Origin: an uncultured Methanomassiliicoccales archaeon
Lineage (GTDB): Archaea > Thermoplasmatota > Thermoplasmata > Methanomassiliicoccales > UBA472
Reading direction: 5' to 3'
Length of the DNA: 64,000 bases
Assembly (NCBI GenBank): GCA_963695345.1
Contig: OY968769.1
Span: forward strand, 1,920,001 to 1,984,000
Shown here: in pieces, positions 1 to 11,590 of the stretch
Layout: each line of letters opens with the position of its first letter
How positions within the stretch are numbered: the stretch's first letter is position 1
The notes under the pieces: generated by a model
Database searches by the model: none
Told to the model about the DNA's origin: nothing
What the model saw: only the letters and a program-made list of their open reading frames with translations
Made by a program: the position numbers and the translations under genes

Positions 1-2403
1 TGAGGCTGCCATAAAGTCCTTCGAAAAGGCGCTGGAAATGGCCCCCAAGGACATCGGGCTGCTCGAGATGAAGAAGGTCTCGCTGAAACACACTGACCGC
101 CTGGAGGATTTGGTCAAGATCTGTCAGAGAATAATCAAGCTGGATCCGAAGAACCGGAACGCCTACGTCGACCTAGGGGTGGCATCCCACCGCCTGTCCC
201 GCTTTGACGACGCCATCGAGTCCTTTGACTCCGCTCTGCGTATCGATCCGGCGAACATCGCCATTCTCCATTACAAGAAGACCTCGGTGGTCGCCAAGGG
301 CGTGGCCGAGGAGATCATCGAGGTATGCGACTCGATCCTGAAGGTGTCTCCGAGCGACAAGCCTGCCCTCATGGACAAGGCTTTCGCGCTGGAGCGGATG
401 GGCAGGCTGGCCGAGGCCAACGACACCTACACCATGGCGTTGGCGGTGGACGACCGGGACAAGGAACTGCACAACCGCAAAGGCCTGGTGCTGATCGGCC
501 TCGGGCGATACGCCGACGCCGTCGTCGAGTTTGACCGAGCCTTTACGCTGGACAATTCCGACCTGATGCCGCTCGACAATAAAGGACGGGCGTATCTTCT
601 GATGCGCGAGTACGATCGGGCATTGAAGGTCTTCGACGAATGCGTGAGGGGGCAACCTGGCAACCCCCGCTTCCAAAGTGACCGCGGAAGGGCACTGGCA
701 TCCCTCGGCAACCTGGCCGATGCGGTGGATGCTTTCGATGCCTCCCTGGCGGTGGACAAGAGCGACCCCCAGACCTGGAAGTACAAGGGCAACGTCATGT
801 TCAAGCTGGGCCAGTTCCAGGACTGCGTGGTCTGCCTGAACCGGGCTTTGGAACTGGGAGCGGAGGAGCAGGGCATCTACAAGGCGAAGGGCCGGGCTCT
901 TGAGGAGCTCAAGCATTACAATGACGCGCTGGACTCGTTCCTGAGGGCGGTGGCATTGGACGCCACCGATGCCAGCGCCTGGGAGCGTATTGCGGTCATC
1001 CGATCGCAGCTGGACGATCCGGCCAACGCCTACGAGGCGATCAGGAAGGCACTGGCCTGCGATCCCAAGAACCGGCGCATGCTCATGGAGAAGGGGGACA
1101 TCTGCCAGAAGATTCAGCGTCCGGAGGAGGCCATCAAGAGCTACGATGCGGCCATCGCCCTGGACCCGTCGGACCCGTTCGCCTACTATGGCCAGGGGGT
1201 CTCCTATCTGAAGATGCGGAGATACTCCGATGCCCAGAGTGCCCTGAGAAAGGCCTTGGAGCTCAACCCCAACTTCGACCAGGCTAGGGAGTCGCTGAAG
1301 GCGGCTGACCAGAAGTTGCACGAGATCGAGGTCCTCAACCAGGCCACCAGCGTACTGGAGTGCGAGTACCGGCAGAACCGGCGCATGTCCAAGGAAGAGA
1401 TGTTCAAGGAATGCGGCATTCCATACAATAGCCTGGACGAGGTCTCCTCGTTCCTGGACCAGCGGGAGCCGGTCAATGTCGAACTGATGAACGATGCCGA
1501 CCTGGATCAGTACGAGGAGGATTCCCGCTACGTCCTGATGGCGGCCGCCCGGAACCCGCGGGTCAAGGAGACCGGACTGGGGCTTTCGGACGTCATGATG
1601 GCTCTGCCAGGCAAGGATATCGTCCGGGCGAAGAAGGTCCTCAGCTACGTGGAGCGGGTCAACAAGATGGACCTGAACCACACTATCATGGACGGTCGGA
1701 CCGAGAAGCTGCTGCGGACGGCCATGAACCTGCCCGACGAGAAGCGGAACGTGATGGGGATCATCGAGACGCTGGGGGTGGGCATATACACCGCCCGCCG
1801 ACTCATGGCGGTCATCAAGACGCTGAGGGCCAACGAACCGAAGCAGACTCCGGTGGAGGCCGCGAGGAGGTGCCCCGGCCGAAGCACAAGCCGGTCAACC
1901 CCAAGGAATGGGTGGAATCAGATGAGCCGATCGCGCTGCCGGAACAGAGGCCCAGGAGGGCCCGCCCCGAGGCCGAAGCAGGCACCCGCGGTCGAGTACC
2001 AGGTGGAATCCGGCGTCCCCGTGATGGAGAAGAAGCCGACCCGCGAGCCGATCATGTTCGGGGACGAGCAGAAGGACCTTTACCAGACGTTCTACAATCC
2101 GGAGAAGCGCCCGGCCAAGGTGGACGCCTCGGACGTTCTGGGAAGGAGGTGTCTGTTCCATGGCGAGGCGGCGGTGACCGCCTGCTCCAATTGCTCGTCG
2201 CTGCTGTGCGAGGAGTGCGTCAGGGGAGGGCTGTGCCCTCGCTGCCACGCTCCTATCGAGGGAGCGCCGTCAAGGCCAAGAAGGCGGCGCCGGCGGCGAA
2301 GAAGGACCCCAGGACGATACTTGAAGAAAGCGACGGTGAGGAGCCGCAGGTCGCCGAGGAATCGGAGGAGGACAGGCAATCCAAGGACTGGTCCAGGCTG
2401 TAA
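1..2403 (+). CDS. Tetratricopeptide-repeat protein with C-terminal B-box-like zinc finger (5' partial, two apparent frameshifts near 1870 and 2270)
   Basis: More than 10 TPR motifs (e.g. AYVDLGVASHRLSRFDDAIESFDSALRIDP). CLFH..CSNC..LCEEC..CPRC near the end. The frame is open to the window edge. The acidic tail ...SKDWSRL* is in the alternative frame ending at 2403. Confidence 0.85.
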
Positions 2404-2441
2404 ACCCTTTACATCCATCCTAAAAGAGGAGAACCAAGACC

Positions 2442-3754
2442 TCAGTAGTCGAGCAGGTCCGATTTCATGAACTCGCGCAGCATCACGGTGGCGTAGCAGC
2501 CCTTGCCCAGGGTGAACGCTATGTCGACGTTGTCCTCGGCGCATTCCAGCTTGAGGTCCCTGAACGGGGCCAGCAGCTCCCGGCGCGATCCCTTGGAGTT
2601 GCACTCGGCGATCTGGGGCACGATGAAGTCCTTGAGTTGGACCCCTTCCGCTGCTCGACGACCTTGCGCTCTATCTCGCCCATCTCGCCTTCGGCGTACT
2701 TCGACTCTGAACCGAACAGCACTCCGGAGAGGTACGCCTTGCGCTCGCGCACGCTCTTCTCCACCAGGTCCAGGTTGAACTTGGTGACCGGCACCGGCTT
2801 GTCATGGTCCGCATAGCCGGTCCGGTCCGCCGGCAGCACCACGTCGCCGACGATCGGGCGGTCCAGCGGGATGCCCCGTCTGATCCGCTCGCTCAGGATG
2901 AGGTTGAACAGATATGACTGGTAGGCATGGACGAACATCATCTGCAGGTTCGGGGGCAGTGTCCTTATCGCGCCCGACCAATCACCTGGGTTCCGGAGCA
3001 GCCAGCCGATCAGCATGCGCTCGAACGTGAGCGTGCGGGGAAACTCCCTCATGGCCGCCTCGAGGTCCATGGTCTCCTGGAGGCGCTGGCGTGGCAGACG
3101 GGAACATCTCGTCCTCTTCCTCGTTCGGGTTTCCGATGTAGACCATGACCGCCTTCTCGAAGTCGCCCTGCACGATGTGCTTTCCCACCAGATGGGTTAC
3201 CGGCCGTATCGAGCCGAAACGCTGGACCCCGAAGAAGTTGGGGAATCCGCCGAGCGTCTCCAGTTCGCCCCTGGTCTGGGAGACGGGATTCGGCCAGTTC
3301 CGCTCCCTTGAGCGCGGTGTTCCGTCAGCTTGATCTGGAAGGAGTTGCCGATCAGATCGCCGATGGTGATGTGTTTCTTTGAAGCGTAGACATCCTCGAC
3401 TACCGTACCTGATGCATGCTCAACGCCTGGACCGCCTCCACCGGCGCCTCGATGGAGAACAAGCTGGGAAGTGATCGCCCGCTTGTCCTTGGTGCCGGCG
3501 AAGGTGATCTTGTTGCGGGTGATGCCCAGGTTCTTGGAGATCATCCTCACCAGTCGGTTGGTCTCCCAATTGGTGGAGGTGATCTTGGCTATGGCATATC
3601 TGCCATTCTCGGTCCTCTCCGGGTAGATGGAGATCTCATTGACGATGAAGTCCTCGTAATTGACCTTGAGGCGCCCTCCCGTCCCTTTGGTGGAGGTATA
3701 AAAGACCTCAATGCCAATCTCCCGCTCTCGGTTCGGATTCTCGGAATAGACCAT
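2442..3754 (-). CDS. truD: tRNA pseudouridine(13) synthase TruD (frameshifted in assembly)
   Basis: Fragments contain GGRLK..EDFIVNE, FAGTKDKRAITSQ, GFPNFFGVQRFG, FVHAYQSYLFN and C-terminal LGKGCYATVMLREFMK. Confidence 0.93.
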
Positions 3755-3756
3755 GA

Positions 3757-4032
3757 CTACTTCAGGTCCTTTTCGAGCTTCTCTCGAGCTTCCTTGAACT
3801 CGTTGGAAAGCGCCTTGGCCGCTCTCTTCAGAGCCGTTTGGGGCTTGCCGCTCTTGACCTTGACAAATAGTGTTGGGATCTCCAGGTCCGGGTGTCCAGC
3901 GGTGTACTTCACCTCTGAGACCATTTCGTCCTCGAGAAGCTCCTTGACCAGAGGTGAGATCAGGGTCATGTCGGCCTCCTTGATCTGGATAAGGATCGAA
4001 TCCTTGTCCTTCTCTAGCTGTATAATCTCCAT
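3757..4032 (-). CDS. rpoL: DNA-directed RNA polymerase subunit L (Rpo11)
   Basis: ~91 aa with EADMTLISPLVKELLED...YTAGHP..., the pattern of archaeal RpoL. Confidence 0.85.
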   Translation of the reverse strand: MEIIQLEKDKDSILIQIKEADMTLISPLVKELLEDEMVSEVKYTAGHPDLEIPTLFVKVKSGKPQTALKRAAKALSNEFKEAREKLEKDLK

Positions 4033-4473
4033 GAGGGGCACCTATACTAGAGGAGGGTATAAAAGTTTTCATGCGGACATTTATTTGACTGGGTTGTTCT
4101 CCGGAAGACCGCTCCCACCTGTCCACTTGCACAGAAAGGACGGGTTGGATATCACACGTCCCCTCCAGTGCGCCGTTCCGTTGGACGAACACAGAAGCAA
4201 CATCGTCAGGGAAAGGAGGAAAGGCCTACGACCTCCGTCCGGAATGAGAACGAGGGCGGGAGGGCCCTGTGTCCTGCTTTTCCCATGTTAGAACCGATGT
4301 TGCTCGTTGGTCCCCCAAACGCCGAACAGTGCTTGGACCTTCGACATGATTCGACCGGGGTGATGCCATTCACCCGCATTGGAACCTCGATTCACAACAA
4401 AGAATTAAACCTGCAACATCATCCATATCCGCTAGACCTTATTCGTATTGTTTAGGCGGACGGAGGAGAGCAT

Positions 4474-7401
4474 TTGGCAAATCATCTAAGGAACGCAAAG
4501 ACCACGATCATTGTTTTGATGTTGATCTCAAGCGCATTCGTTGTTGCCTCCAGCGCAACTGAGGGGGCGACGCTCTCTACCACGTCATACCGGTATGAAA
4601 CGATCAACGGAACAGAGGTCAGGATCACCGATTACATAGGGCAAGGCGGGGTGGTCGCCATACCGGATTCCTTGGGCGGCAAGCCCGTTACCGAGATCGG
4701 GGATTCGGCGTTCTCCGATAGCACGAGAATAACCTCAGTCTCGATCCCATCCACGGTCAGGCTCATCGACGATTACGCGTTCGCCTATTCAGACATGATC
4801 GCCAGCGTGGTCATCGGGTCCAACGTTTCGGTCATCGGGAACTACTCTTTCTTCCACTGCATCTCCCTATCGTCAATATCGGTCCCTTCGTCGGTCTCTT
4901 ACATAGGAAGCTCCGCGTTCGCTGATTGCACCATAATGGCATCAATCGATGTGAACTCGTCGAACGCGGCATATTCCAGTGTAAGTGGTGTGCTCTACGA
5001 CAAGGCACATTCAATATTGATCCAATGCCCCTCTGGCAAGGTCGGGCCGGTCACGATCGAGAACGGTGTCACAAGCATTGGCGCGCAGGCTTTCTACTCC
5101 TGCCGCCTCATGACCTCAGTGGCCATACCCAACACCGTCAGCACGATAGAATTTGAGGCATTCTATTATTGTAATGGCTTGACGTCGGTGACGATCCCAG
5201 CCAGCGTCACCTATCTTTCCTTTGCCATATTCTACTCCTGCAGTTCAATGACATCCATCAGCGTGGATCTGTCCAACCCGAGCTTCAGCAGCATCGATGG
5301 CGTGCTTTACAACAAAGCCGCCACCACCTTGATCCAGTATCCTATCGGCAGGACCGGGGCCTTCACCGTCCCGGGCGGTGTCACTTCGATCGGCAGCATG
5401 GCTTTCTATAACTGCGCAAACCTGACCTCAGTGACGATCCCTAACGGGGTCACCAGAATAGACAGTTACGCGTTCCAGAACTGCAAGAGCCTGACCTCTG
5501 TGTCCATCCCGGGCAGTGTCACCGTGATCGCGTACCAGGCTTTCTCCGCCTGCATTTCCCTGACCTCAGTGACGATCCCTAACGGGGTAACCACATTGGG
5601 AGGGTATGTATTCGCGTACTGTGAAGCCCTGACTTCGATCAATGTACCATCGAGCGTTGCATCGATAGGCGACATGGTGTTCGGTTATTGCAATTCGCTA
5701 ACCGGCATCAGCGTGGACCCAGGAAGCCTCATGTTTGCCGGAATCGACGGCGTGCTGTACAATAAAGCCACCACCACCCTGATTGCCTATCCGGCGGGAA
5801 AGCAAGGCGCATTCACTGTTCCGGAAACGGTCAAGACGATCAAGGACCGGGCGTTCTCCAACTGCGATGCCTTGACATCGGTGGTCATAGGGAGCAACGT
5901 GACCGTGATCGGGAACTACACGTTCTACTATTGCACGGACCTGAAATCGGTCGTCATCTCCAACAGTGTATCCTACATCGGAAACAGTGCATTCTACTAC
6001 TGTCGGAACATGACCTCCCTCAGCCTGGGCACGAACGTGACAACGATAGGCGTGGAAGCGTTCAATAACTGCAACTCGCTGACCGCCGTGACGATCCCGG
6101 GGAAGACAAGCTCGATCGGTGCCCAGGCGTTCGGTACCTGCCAGGCTTTGAGCTCCATAGGGGTGGCTGATGGAAATATCAAGTATTCCAGTGACGACGG
6201 CGTTCTCTATGACAAGAACGTGTCGACATTGATCCAGTGTCCGGGCGGCAGGTCCGGTGCGGTCACTATACCGGCCAATGTCACAAGGATAGAGGAGCGC
6301 GCATTCTCCGGATGCTCCCGCCTCGCCTCAGTGACCATACCAAGTGGCACCACCGAGATCGGGGACGGCGCATTCTCCGGATGTTATGCATTGAGCTCCA
6401 TCGAAGTGCCCAGCAGTGTCACCTCCATCGGGGACGGGGCCTTTTCCGGCCTGACCTCGCTGGATCACATCGATGTCAAGGGCGGCAACAAGAACTATGC
6501 CAGTGTGAACGGGGTACTGTTCGACAAGAAGGTCGACACATTGATCGCCTTCCCCTGTGCCAAGACCGGGTACTTCGCCATACCGAAAAGCGTCACCAAG
6601 ATCGGGGACTCCGCTTTCTTCCTGTGCAATCTGACCTCGGTCATTATCCCCAGCAGCGTGGCGGAGATCGGGGAGCGGGCGTTCACCAGCTGCCATCAGT
6701 TGACCCAGATGCAGTTCGATGGGAACACGCCCATATGCGATAAGGACTGGGTGTCATCGGAGAACGCCGCTCTGAAGATAAGCTACATCAACGGGACCTC
6801 CGAGTTCACCAGCCCGACCTGGTTCGGTGTAACGACCGTGGCCATGTTCCCGGTCACTGGAAACATCGTCGATGTCAACGGGAAGGGTCTGGCGAATCTG
6901 ACGGTAGCTCTGGAGAACGGCGCATCGGTGATCACCGAAGCCAACGGCAGCTTCACCATCCACGCCACCCCGGGCACCCATTCTCTCAGCATCAGCGGCG
7001 CCGGGATCGACAGAAGGACGGTGGAGGCGAAGGTGACCGGAACCGGCCTGGCCATGGGAAATATCGTCATCGGGAACAACGGATTGGACCTCGGACTATT
7101 GATCCTCATCCTGATAGGGGCGATCGCCATCATCCTGGTCCTGGTTATGGTTTTGATGAAGAGGCGCAGAGGTAGAACCCCGACGGTAATATCTGGTTCT
7201 TCGACCAACAAGCCCTGGAAAGAAGAGCCGGAGAACCAGCCGCCGAAGGTCGATGCCCCTTCCCAATCAGGGCCCGTAGGAACCGCGCCGGGTCCATCGC
7301 AGGATCAGGTCATGGGCTGTCCAAATTGCGGGACGGCAACCAATGGAACCCCTTTCTGCGGGAACTGCGGCAAGAAACTGGACGAGCAGGTTCAAGGGTA
7401 G
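4474..7401 (+). CDS. BspA/TpLRR-type leucine-rich-repeat surface protein with C-terminal TM anchor and cytoplasmic zinc ribbon
   Basis: Signal peptide, many LTSVTIPxxVTxIGxxAFxxC repeats interleaved with SxDGVLYNKxxTTLIxYP units, a beta-sandwich segment, a TM helix (LGLLILILIGAIAIILVLVMVLM-KRRR) and CPNCG..FCGNCG. Confidence 0.92.
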   Translation: MANHLRNAKTTIIVLMLISSAFVVASSATEGATLSTTSYRYETINGTEVRITDYIGQGGVVAIPDSLGGKPVTEIGDSAFSDSTRITSVSIPSTVRLIDDYAFAYSDMIASVVIGSNVSVIGNYSFFHCISLSSISVPSSVSYIGSSAFADCTIMASIDVNSSNAAYSSVSGVLYDKAHSILIQCPSGKVGPVTIENGVTSIGAQAFYSCRLMTSVAIPNTVSTIEFEAFYYCNGLTSVTIPASVTYLSFAIFYSCSSMTSISVDLSNPSFSSIDGVLYNKAATTLIQYPIGRTGAFTVPGGVTSIGSMAFYNCANLTSVTIPNGVTRIDSYAFQNCKSLTSVSIPGSVTVIAYQAFSACISLTSVTIPNGVTTLGGYVFAYCEALTSINVPSSVASIGDMVFGYCNSLTGISVDPGSLMFAGIDGVLYNKATTTLIAYPAGKQGAFTVPETVKTIKDRAFSNCDALTSVVIGSNVTVIGNYTFYYCTDLKSVVISNSVSYIGNSAFYYCRNMTSLSLGTNVTTIGVEAFNNCNSLTAVTIPGKTSSIGAQAFGTCQALSSIGVADGNIKYSSDDGVLYDKNVSTLIQCPGGRSGAVTIPANVTRIEERAFSGCSRLASVTIPSGTTEIGDGAFSGCYALSSIEVPSSVTSIGDGAFSGLTSLDHIDVKGGNKNYASVNGVLFDKKVDTLIAFPCAKTGYFAIPKSVTKIGDSAFFLCNLTSVIIPSSVAEIGERAFTSCHQLTQMQFDGNTPICDKDWVSSENAALKISYINGTSEFTSPTWFGVTTVAMFPVTGNIVDVNGKGLANLTVALENGASVITEANGSFTIHATPGTHSLSISGAGIDRRTVEAKVTGTGLAMGNIVIGNNGLDLGLLILILIGAIAIILVLVMVLMKRRRGRTPTVISGSSTNKPWKEEPENQPPKVDAPSQSGPVGTAPGPSQDQVMGCPNCGTATNGTPFCGNCGKKLDEQVQG

Positions 7402-7448
7402 CCCGATCGCGATCGAACATCGAGGAGCACGGCTTCGGCTGCTCCCGA

Positions 7449-9458
7449 TCATAGTTCGGCCAATCGCAGTTCCACGACGAAGGACGCACCCAAGGACGGA
7501 CTCCCAGGCACTCTGTCCTCCACGCTGACCTTGCCGTGGTATTTCTGGATCAGGGCGGAGACGATCGAAAGGCCGATCCCGGTGCTCTTTGCCACCTTGC
7601 CGGTCGGCTCGGAGAATCCCCTTTCAAAGACCAGCCCTTTGTTTTCGTCTGGTATTCCGGGCCCTTCGTCCTCCACTGTGATCTTGACCAGGCCATTCTC
7701 GATGGTGTCATGGACCCGAATGACCACCGGCCTCGGCATTGAATGCTTCATCGCGTTGGTGACAAGGTTCGTGAATAGATGATGGAGGGCGTTATCGGCC
7801 ATGACGTTCACGCTTCCGATTCCGTCGGGCACGATCAGTTCCACCGCACCGCCGTTATACCGGCTGATGGATACATCAACGGAATTTTTTATCTCATGCA
7901 TCAGGGGGACCGACATCAGACAATCGGTCTTGGTGTTCTTGGCGTACATGAGAACCCTGACGTCCTTGATGAACTCATTAAGCGCATCATCGCTGATCAT
8001 GATGCGGTCCAGGTACTCCCGCCCTTTGGCTTCGCCATACTCCCTTTTCTTAAGCAGGTCCAGATATGCCTTCATGGGGACCAGGTAATTGGAGATGTCG
8101 TGGAGTAGGATATCGTTGAAAAGCGAGAGCTGCTCCTTTGACTTGCGGAGGCTCTCGGCCAGACCTATGTTCTCATAGGCATATCCAAGCATGGAGATCA
8201 CCCCCACCATGGCATCCTTCTGGTTCTGGGAAAGGGCTATCTCTTTCTCGGATCCGATGCAGATGTATCCGACAACCCCTCCCTTTCCCCTAAGTGGGAG
8301 AAGCCCCAAACTCCTCAATCCACCTCCAAACGGTACCGCCTCGATCATCAGGTCATCTGGAAAATAGACCGGTTCATAGAAGTCCTCGATCTTGCCCGTT
8401 ATCCATTTATTGATCTCCTCAAACGCCAACCTATCGCCGACGATGGCCAGGGGGGCACTGCCATTCTCCGATCCCAGGTCCATGGCGAACCCCTCCTCGT
8501 GGCCATACATCCTGAGGATATGGTCCAGGGCGCTTTTCATCATCGAATGGGAATCCACCGATGTGGAGGTCAGTAGGGAGATGGTGTGTTCGATCTCCAG
8601 CATCATGCTCATCGAATGGTAGAGGGATTCCAGCTGGAACTTCGAGGTGATGTCATGGCCGATCGCCAGGACCCCGGAGACCGATCCGTCACTTTCCTTC
8701 ACCGCGCTCAAGTACCACGAGACGACCATCTTCAGGCCATCCTTTGTCCATGCGGTCGATTCGATTCCCCGGCGTCCTTCGCCCTCGCTGGATGCGACGA
8801 TGCCCTGCATGGCATCGATCACATGGGAGTCTACGATGTCCAGGAGCCTGATGTCCTTTCCTACCACGGAACCTTCCGGATACTTCAGGCTTTCTTTGAA
8901 CCCTCTGTTCGCCAATGAAATGACCAGGTCCCGGTTCAGGACCAATACTATGCTGGTGCTTTCACTGACCAGATCGAAATACTTCCTTTGTTCGGCAGTG
9001 AACCTGCTCTCGAGAACCTTCAGGCCGGTCAGGTCCCTGATGAAAGCGGTGATCAAATCCCTTCCATCATCTGTTTTTAAAGTAGATGTCACAATATCGC
9101 AGGTCATCCGTTTCCCAGATTTTGCCATCAGGTCCAAAATGTAGCGATGCTGGACCCCAACGTCCATCGCGGGGAGCCGCAATTGGTTCTTGATGATTTC
9201 GTGCGAATCCTCGGTAATGAATTCAAGGACGTTCATGCCTACGATTTCATTCGCGGTGAAGCCGACCAGTTCGTCGAGGGCATGGTTCGAATAAACTACG
9301 ACTCCAGAACGTTCGAGGATGGCTATCGCTTCCGGTGAACTTGACACCACGGTCTTGAAGTCGAGTACCGTCATCGGTCGTGAACCTTCAGGGAAGGTGT
9401 CAGGGGCCATTTTGGTGATATTGTCTTGGGTGTACGTATCATTATCGATACTGGCCAT
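7449..9458 (-). CDS. PAS/PAS/GAF-like sensor histidine kinase
   Basis: Two PAS domains, H-box LLHDISNYL, N-box NLVTNAMKH, DEGPGI and GIGLSIV. Confidence 0.92.
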   Translation of the reverse strand: MASIDNDTYTQDNITKMAPDTFPEGSRPMTVLDFKTVVSSSPEAIAILERSGVVVYSNHALDELVGFTANEIVGMNVLEFITEDSHEIIKNQLRLPAMDVGVQHRYILDLMAKSGKRMTCDIVTSTLKTDDGRDLITAFIRDLTGLKVLESRFTAEQRKYFDLVSESTSIVLVLNRDLVISLANRGFKESLKYPEGSVVGKDIRLLDIVDSHVIDAMQGIVASSEGEGRRGIESTAWTKDGLKMVVSWYLSAVKESDGSVSGVLAIGHDITSKFQLESLYHSMSMMLEIEHTISLLTSTSVDSHSMMKSALDHILRMYGHEEGFAMDLGSENGSAPLAIVGDRLAFEEINKWITGKIEDFYEPVYFPDDLMIEAVPFGGGLRSLGLLPLRGKGGVVGYICIGSEKEIALSQNQKDAMVGVISMLGYAYENIGLAESLRKSKEQLSLFNDILLHDISNYLVPMKAYLDLLKKREYGEAKGREYLDRIMISDDALNEFIKDVRVLMYAKNTKTDCLMSVPLMHEIKNSVDVSISRYNGGAVELIVPDGIGSVNVMADNALHHLFTNLVTNAMKHSMPRPVVIRVHDTIENGLVKITVEDEGPGIPDENKGLVFERGFSEPTGKVAKSTGIGLSIVSALIQKYHGKVSVEDRVPGSPSLGASFVVELRLAEL

Positions 9459-9480
9459 ACAAGGCGTTGATATCGTTTCC

Positions 9481-9819
<339 letters not shown>

Positions 9820-9824
9820 TCACC

Positions 9825-11159
9825 TCACGAGTATGCGGTCTCCCCGTGTTGGATGATGTCCGCGCCGACGCGTTCTTCTTCCTTCGTCATCCTGATGGGG
9901 GTGAACCGGCTCAGCACTTTAAGCATCACAAAGGTGACCCCAAATGCGAATATCCAAATGACTACCACCGCTATCAATTGTGCGGTAAGCAGTGTGAATC
10001 CGCCCCCGTAGAACAGCCCGTTGTTGACCACCGCGCTTTCATTGACCTTCTGCGTTGCCAACAGGCCGACAGCTATCATGCCCATCGTACCAGCCACGCC
10101 ATGGACCCCCCATACGTCGAGGGCGTCATCGAACCTGAATCTCTTTCTCACCAGAATCCCGCAGTAGCACAATACCCCGGCCGCCAGCCCGATAACGATG
10201 GCTCCTCTGGTATCGATATAGCCAGCGGCGGGAGTGACCGCCGCCAATCCGGCTACCCCTCCCGTGATCAGACCGAGGACGGACGGCCGGCCCAGATGAA
10301 GCCAGCTGACCAATCCCCAGGTGATGGCCGCCATTGCACCTGCGATATGGGTATTGGCGAACGCTTGCGCCGCCAAGGATCCAGATCCAAGGGCGCTACC
10401 TCCATTGAAACCGAACCAACCCATCCAAAGCAGTCCGCCCCCGAGCACGACCATGGGAATGTTATGCGGATGGTCCCCATTGCCGTTCATTACCGACAAT
10501 CTCTTCCCCAAAACGATACTGGCCGCCAGGACCGATACGCCTGCGGTGATGTGCACTACCGCTCCTCCGGCAAAATCCAATGCCCCGATCTTAGCCAGCC
10601 AACCCCCTCCCCAAATCCAGTGGGCCACCGGGAGATACACTACGCATGTCCAAATGCTGAGGAAGATGATCATCGCTTTCAGCTTCATACGTTCCGCGAT
10701 TCCGCCTATGATCAAGGCTGCCGTGATTATCGCGAACATCAGCTGATACATGGAGAATAGGATGGAGGGAATGGTCCTCGCATAGTCCGTATCTGGCAGT
10801 CCTCCGAGACGGTCCATTAGAAAGAAGTCAAAATTGCCGATGAGGTCGCTCCTGAAACCCCCGAATGCCAGAGAATAACCGAACACGATCCAGATCAGGG
10901 TCACGATTCCTATGATGATGACACTTTGTCCCAGCATCGAAAGGAATGATTCCTTCCTCAGCATGCCCCCATAGAAGAACGCCACGGCCGGGGTCATTAC
11001 GAAGACCAAGGCGGTGGAGATCAGAAGCCAGGCTGTATCGCCCTGATTGATATCGCTGGCCAGGCCATCGGTCGCCGAGACCGACCTGGAAAGCAATGGG
11101 ATCAGTATCATTCCTAAAGCCACCATCAAACCGATTCTTGCTGTTCTGGCATAGCTCAT
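9825..11159 (-). CDS. amtB: Ammonium transporter
   Basis: DFAGGAVVH, WMGWFGFNGGS and DDALDVWGVHG. GGTGG SD-like sequence before the ATG at 11159. Confidence 0.96.
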   Translation of the reverse strand: MSYARTARIGLMVALGMILIPLLSRSVSATDGLASDINQGDTAWLLISTALVFVMTPAVAFFYGGMLRKESFLSMLGQSVIIIGIVTLIWIVFGYSLAFGGFRSDLIGNFDFFLMDRLGGLPDTDYARTIPSILFSMYQLMFAIITAALIIGGIAERMKLKAMIIFLSIWTCVVYLPVAHWIWGGGWLAKIGALDFAGGAVVHITAGVSVLAASIVLGKRLSVMNGNGDHPHNIPMVVLGGGLLWMGWFGFNGGSALGSGSLAAQAFANTHIAGAMAAITWGLVSWLHLGRPSVLGLITGGVAGLAAVTPAAGYIDTRGAIVIGLAAGVLCYCGILVRKRFRFDDALDVWGVHGVAGTMGMIAVGLLATQKVNESAVVNNGLFYGGGFTLLTAQLIAVVVIWIFAFGVTFVMLKVLSRFTPIRMTKEEERVGADIIQHGETAYS

Positions 11160-11332
11160 TTGACCACCTGTGATACATTCGTCGGAATATTGGAGATTCA
11201 TTGGAGACTCGGTGCATTTCATTTGTTTATTTGTCTCACTAACTTATCCATGGTTATCCAAAATAACAATAAAAGCTTTGCTAACGAGACATTTGTGCAA
11301 TGACAATCGGAATAATAGATAAATGTATAATT

Positions 11333-11346
11333 GGAATCGCACTTCC
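11333..11346. promoter_or_regulatory. NrpR nitrogen operator GGAA-N6-TTCC
   Basis: GGAAtcgcacTTCC, a perfect match to the euryarchaeal NrpR consensus, next to an AT-rich TATA-like stretch upstream of amtB-glnK. Confidence 0.8.
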
Positions 11347-11590
11347 GATAACCGCCAGCCTGCTTTTGAAGGACACAATTTATCTGGCTCATTCCGGTAA
11401 GTTTATCTCGGTCTGTTCGGCCAGCAGATTTAGATTTCAATCGGAATAAAACGTGACCTTAGGAATAATGTGTATCATCAATAGTGAAGAATCGACGGAT
11501 GTCGAGAGGGCCAGAACGTGGAACGGCCCATTCACGAAAATGGGCATGACCAACCGTCCAATGGACCAGGAAACCCGAATGCTGCCGATC

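Noticed and set aside
4210-4445. GAGGAAAGGCC resembling RNase P CR-I
   Set aside because: No convincing CR-V (ACAGAA..GGCUUA) is present, and the segment is sequestered in a simple rod hairpin.
4700-6700. Nucleotide-level direct repeats (e.g. cctgacctcagtgacgatccctaacgggg twice)
   Set aside because: They are explained by BspA LRR protein repeats and are not a CRISPR array or DGR template.
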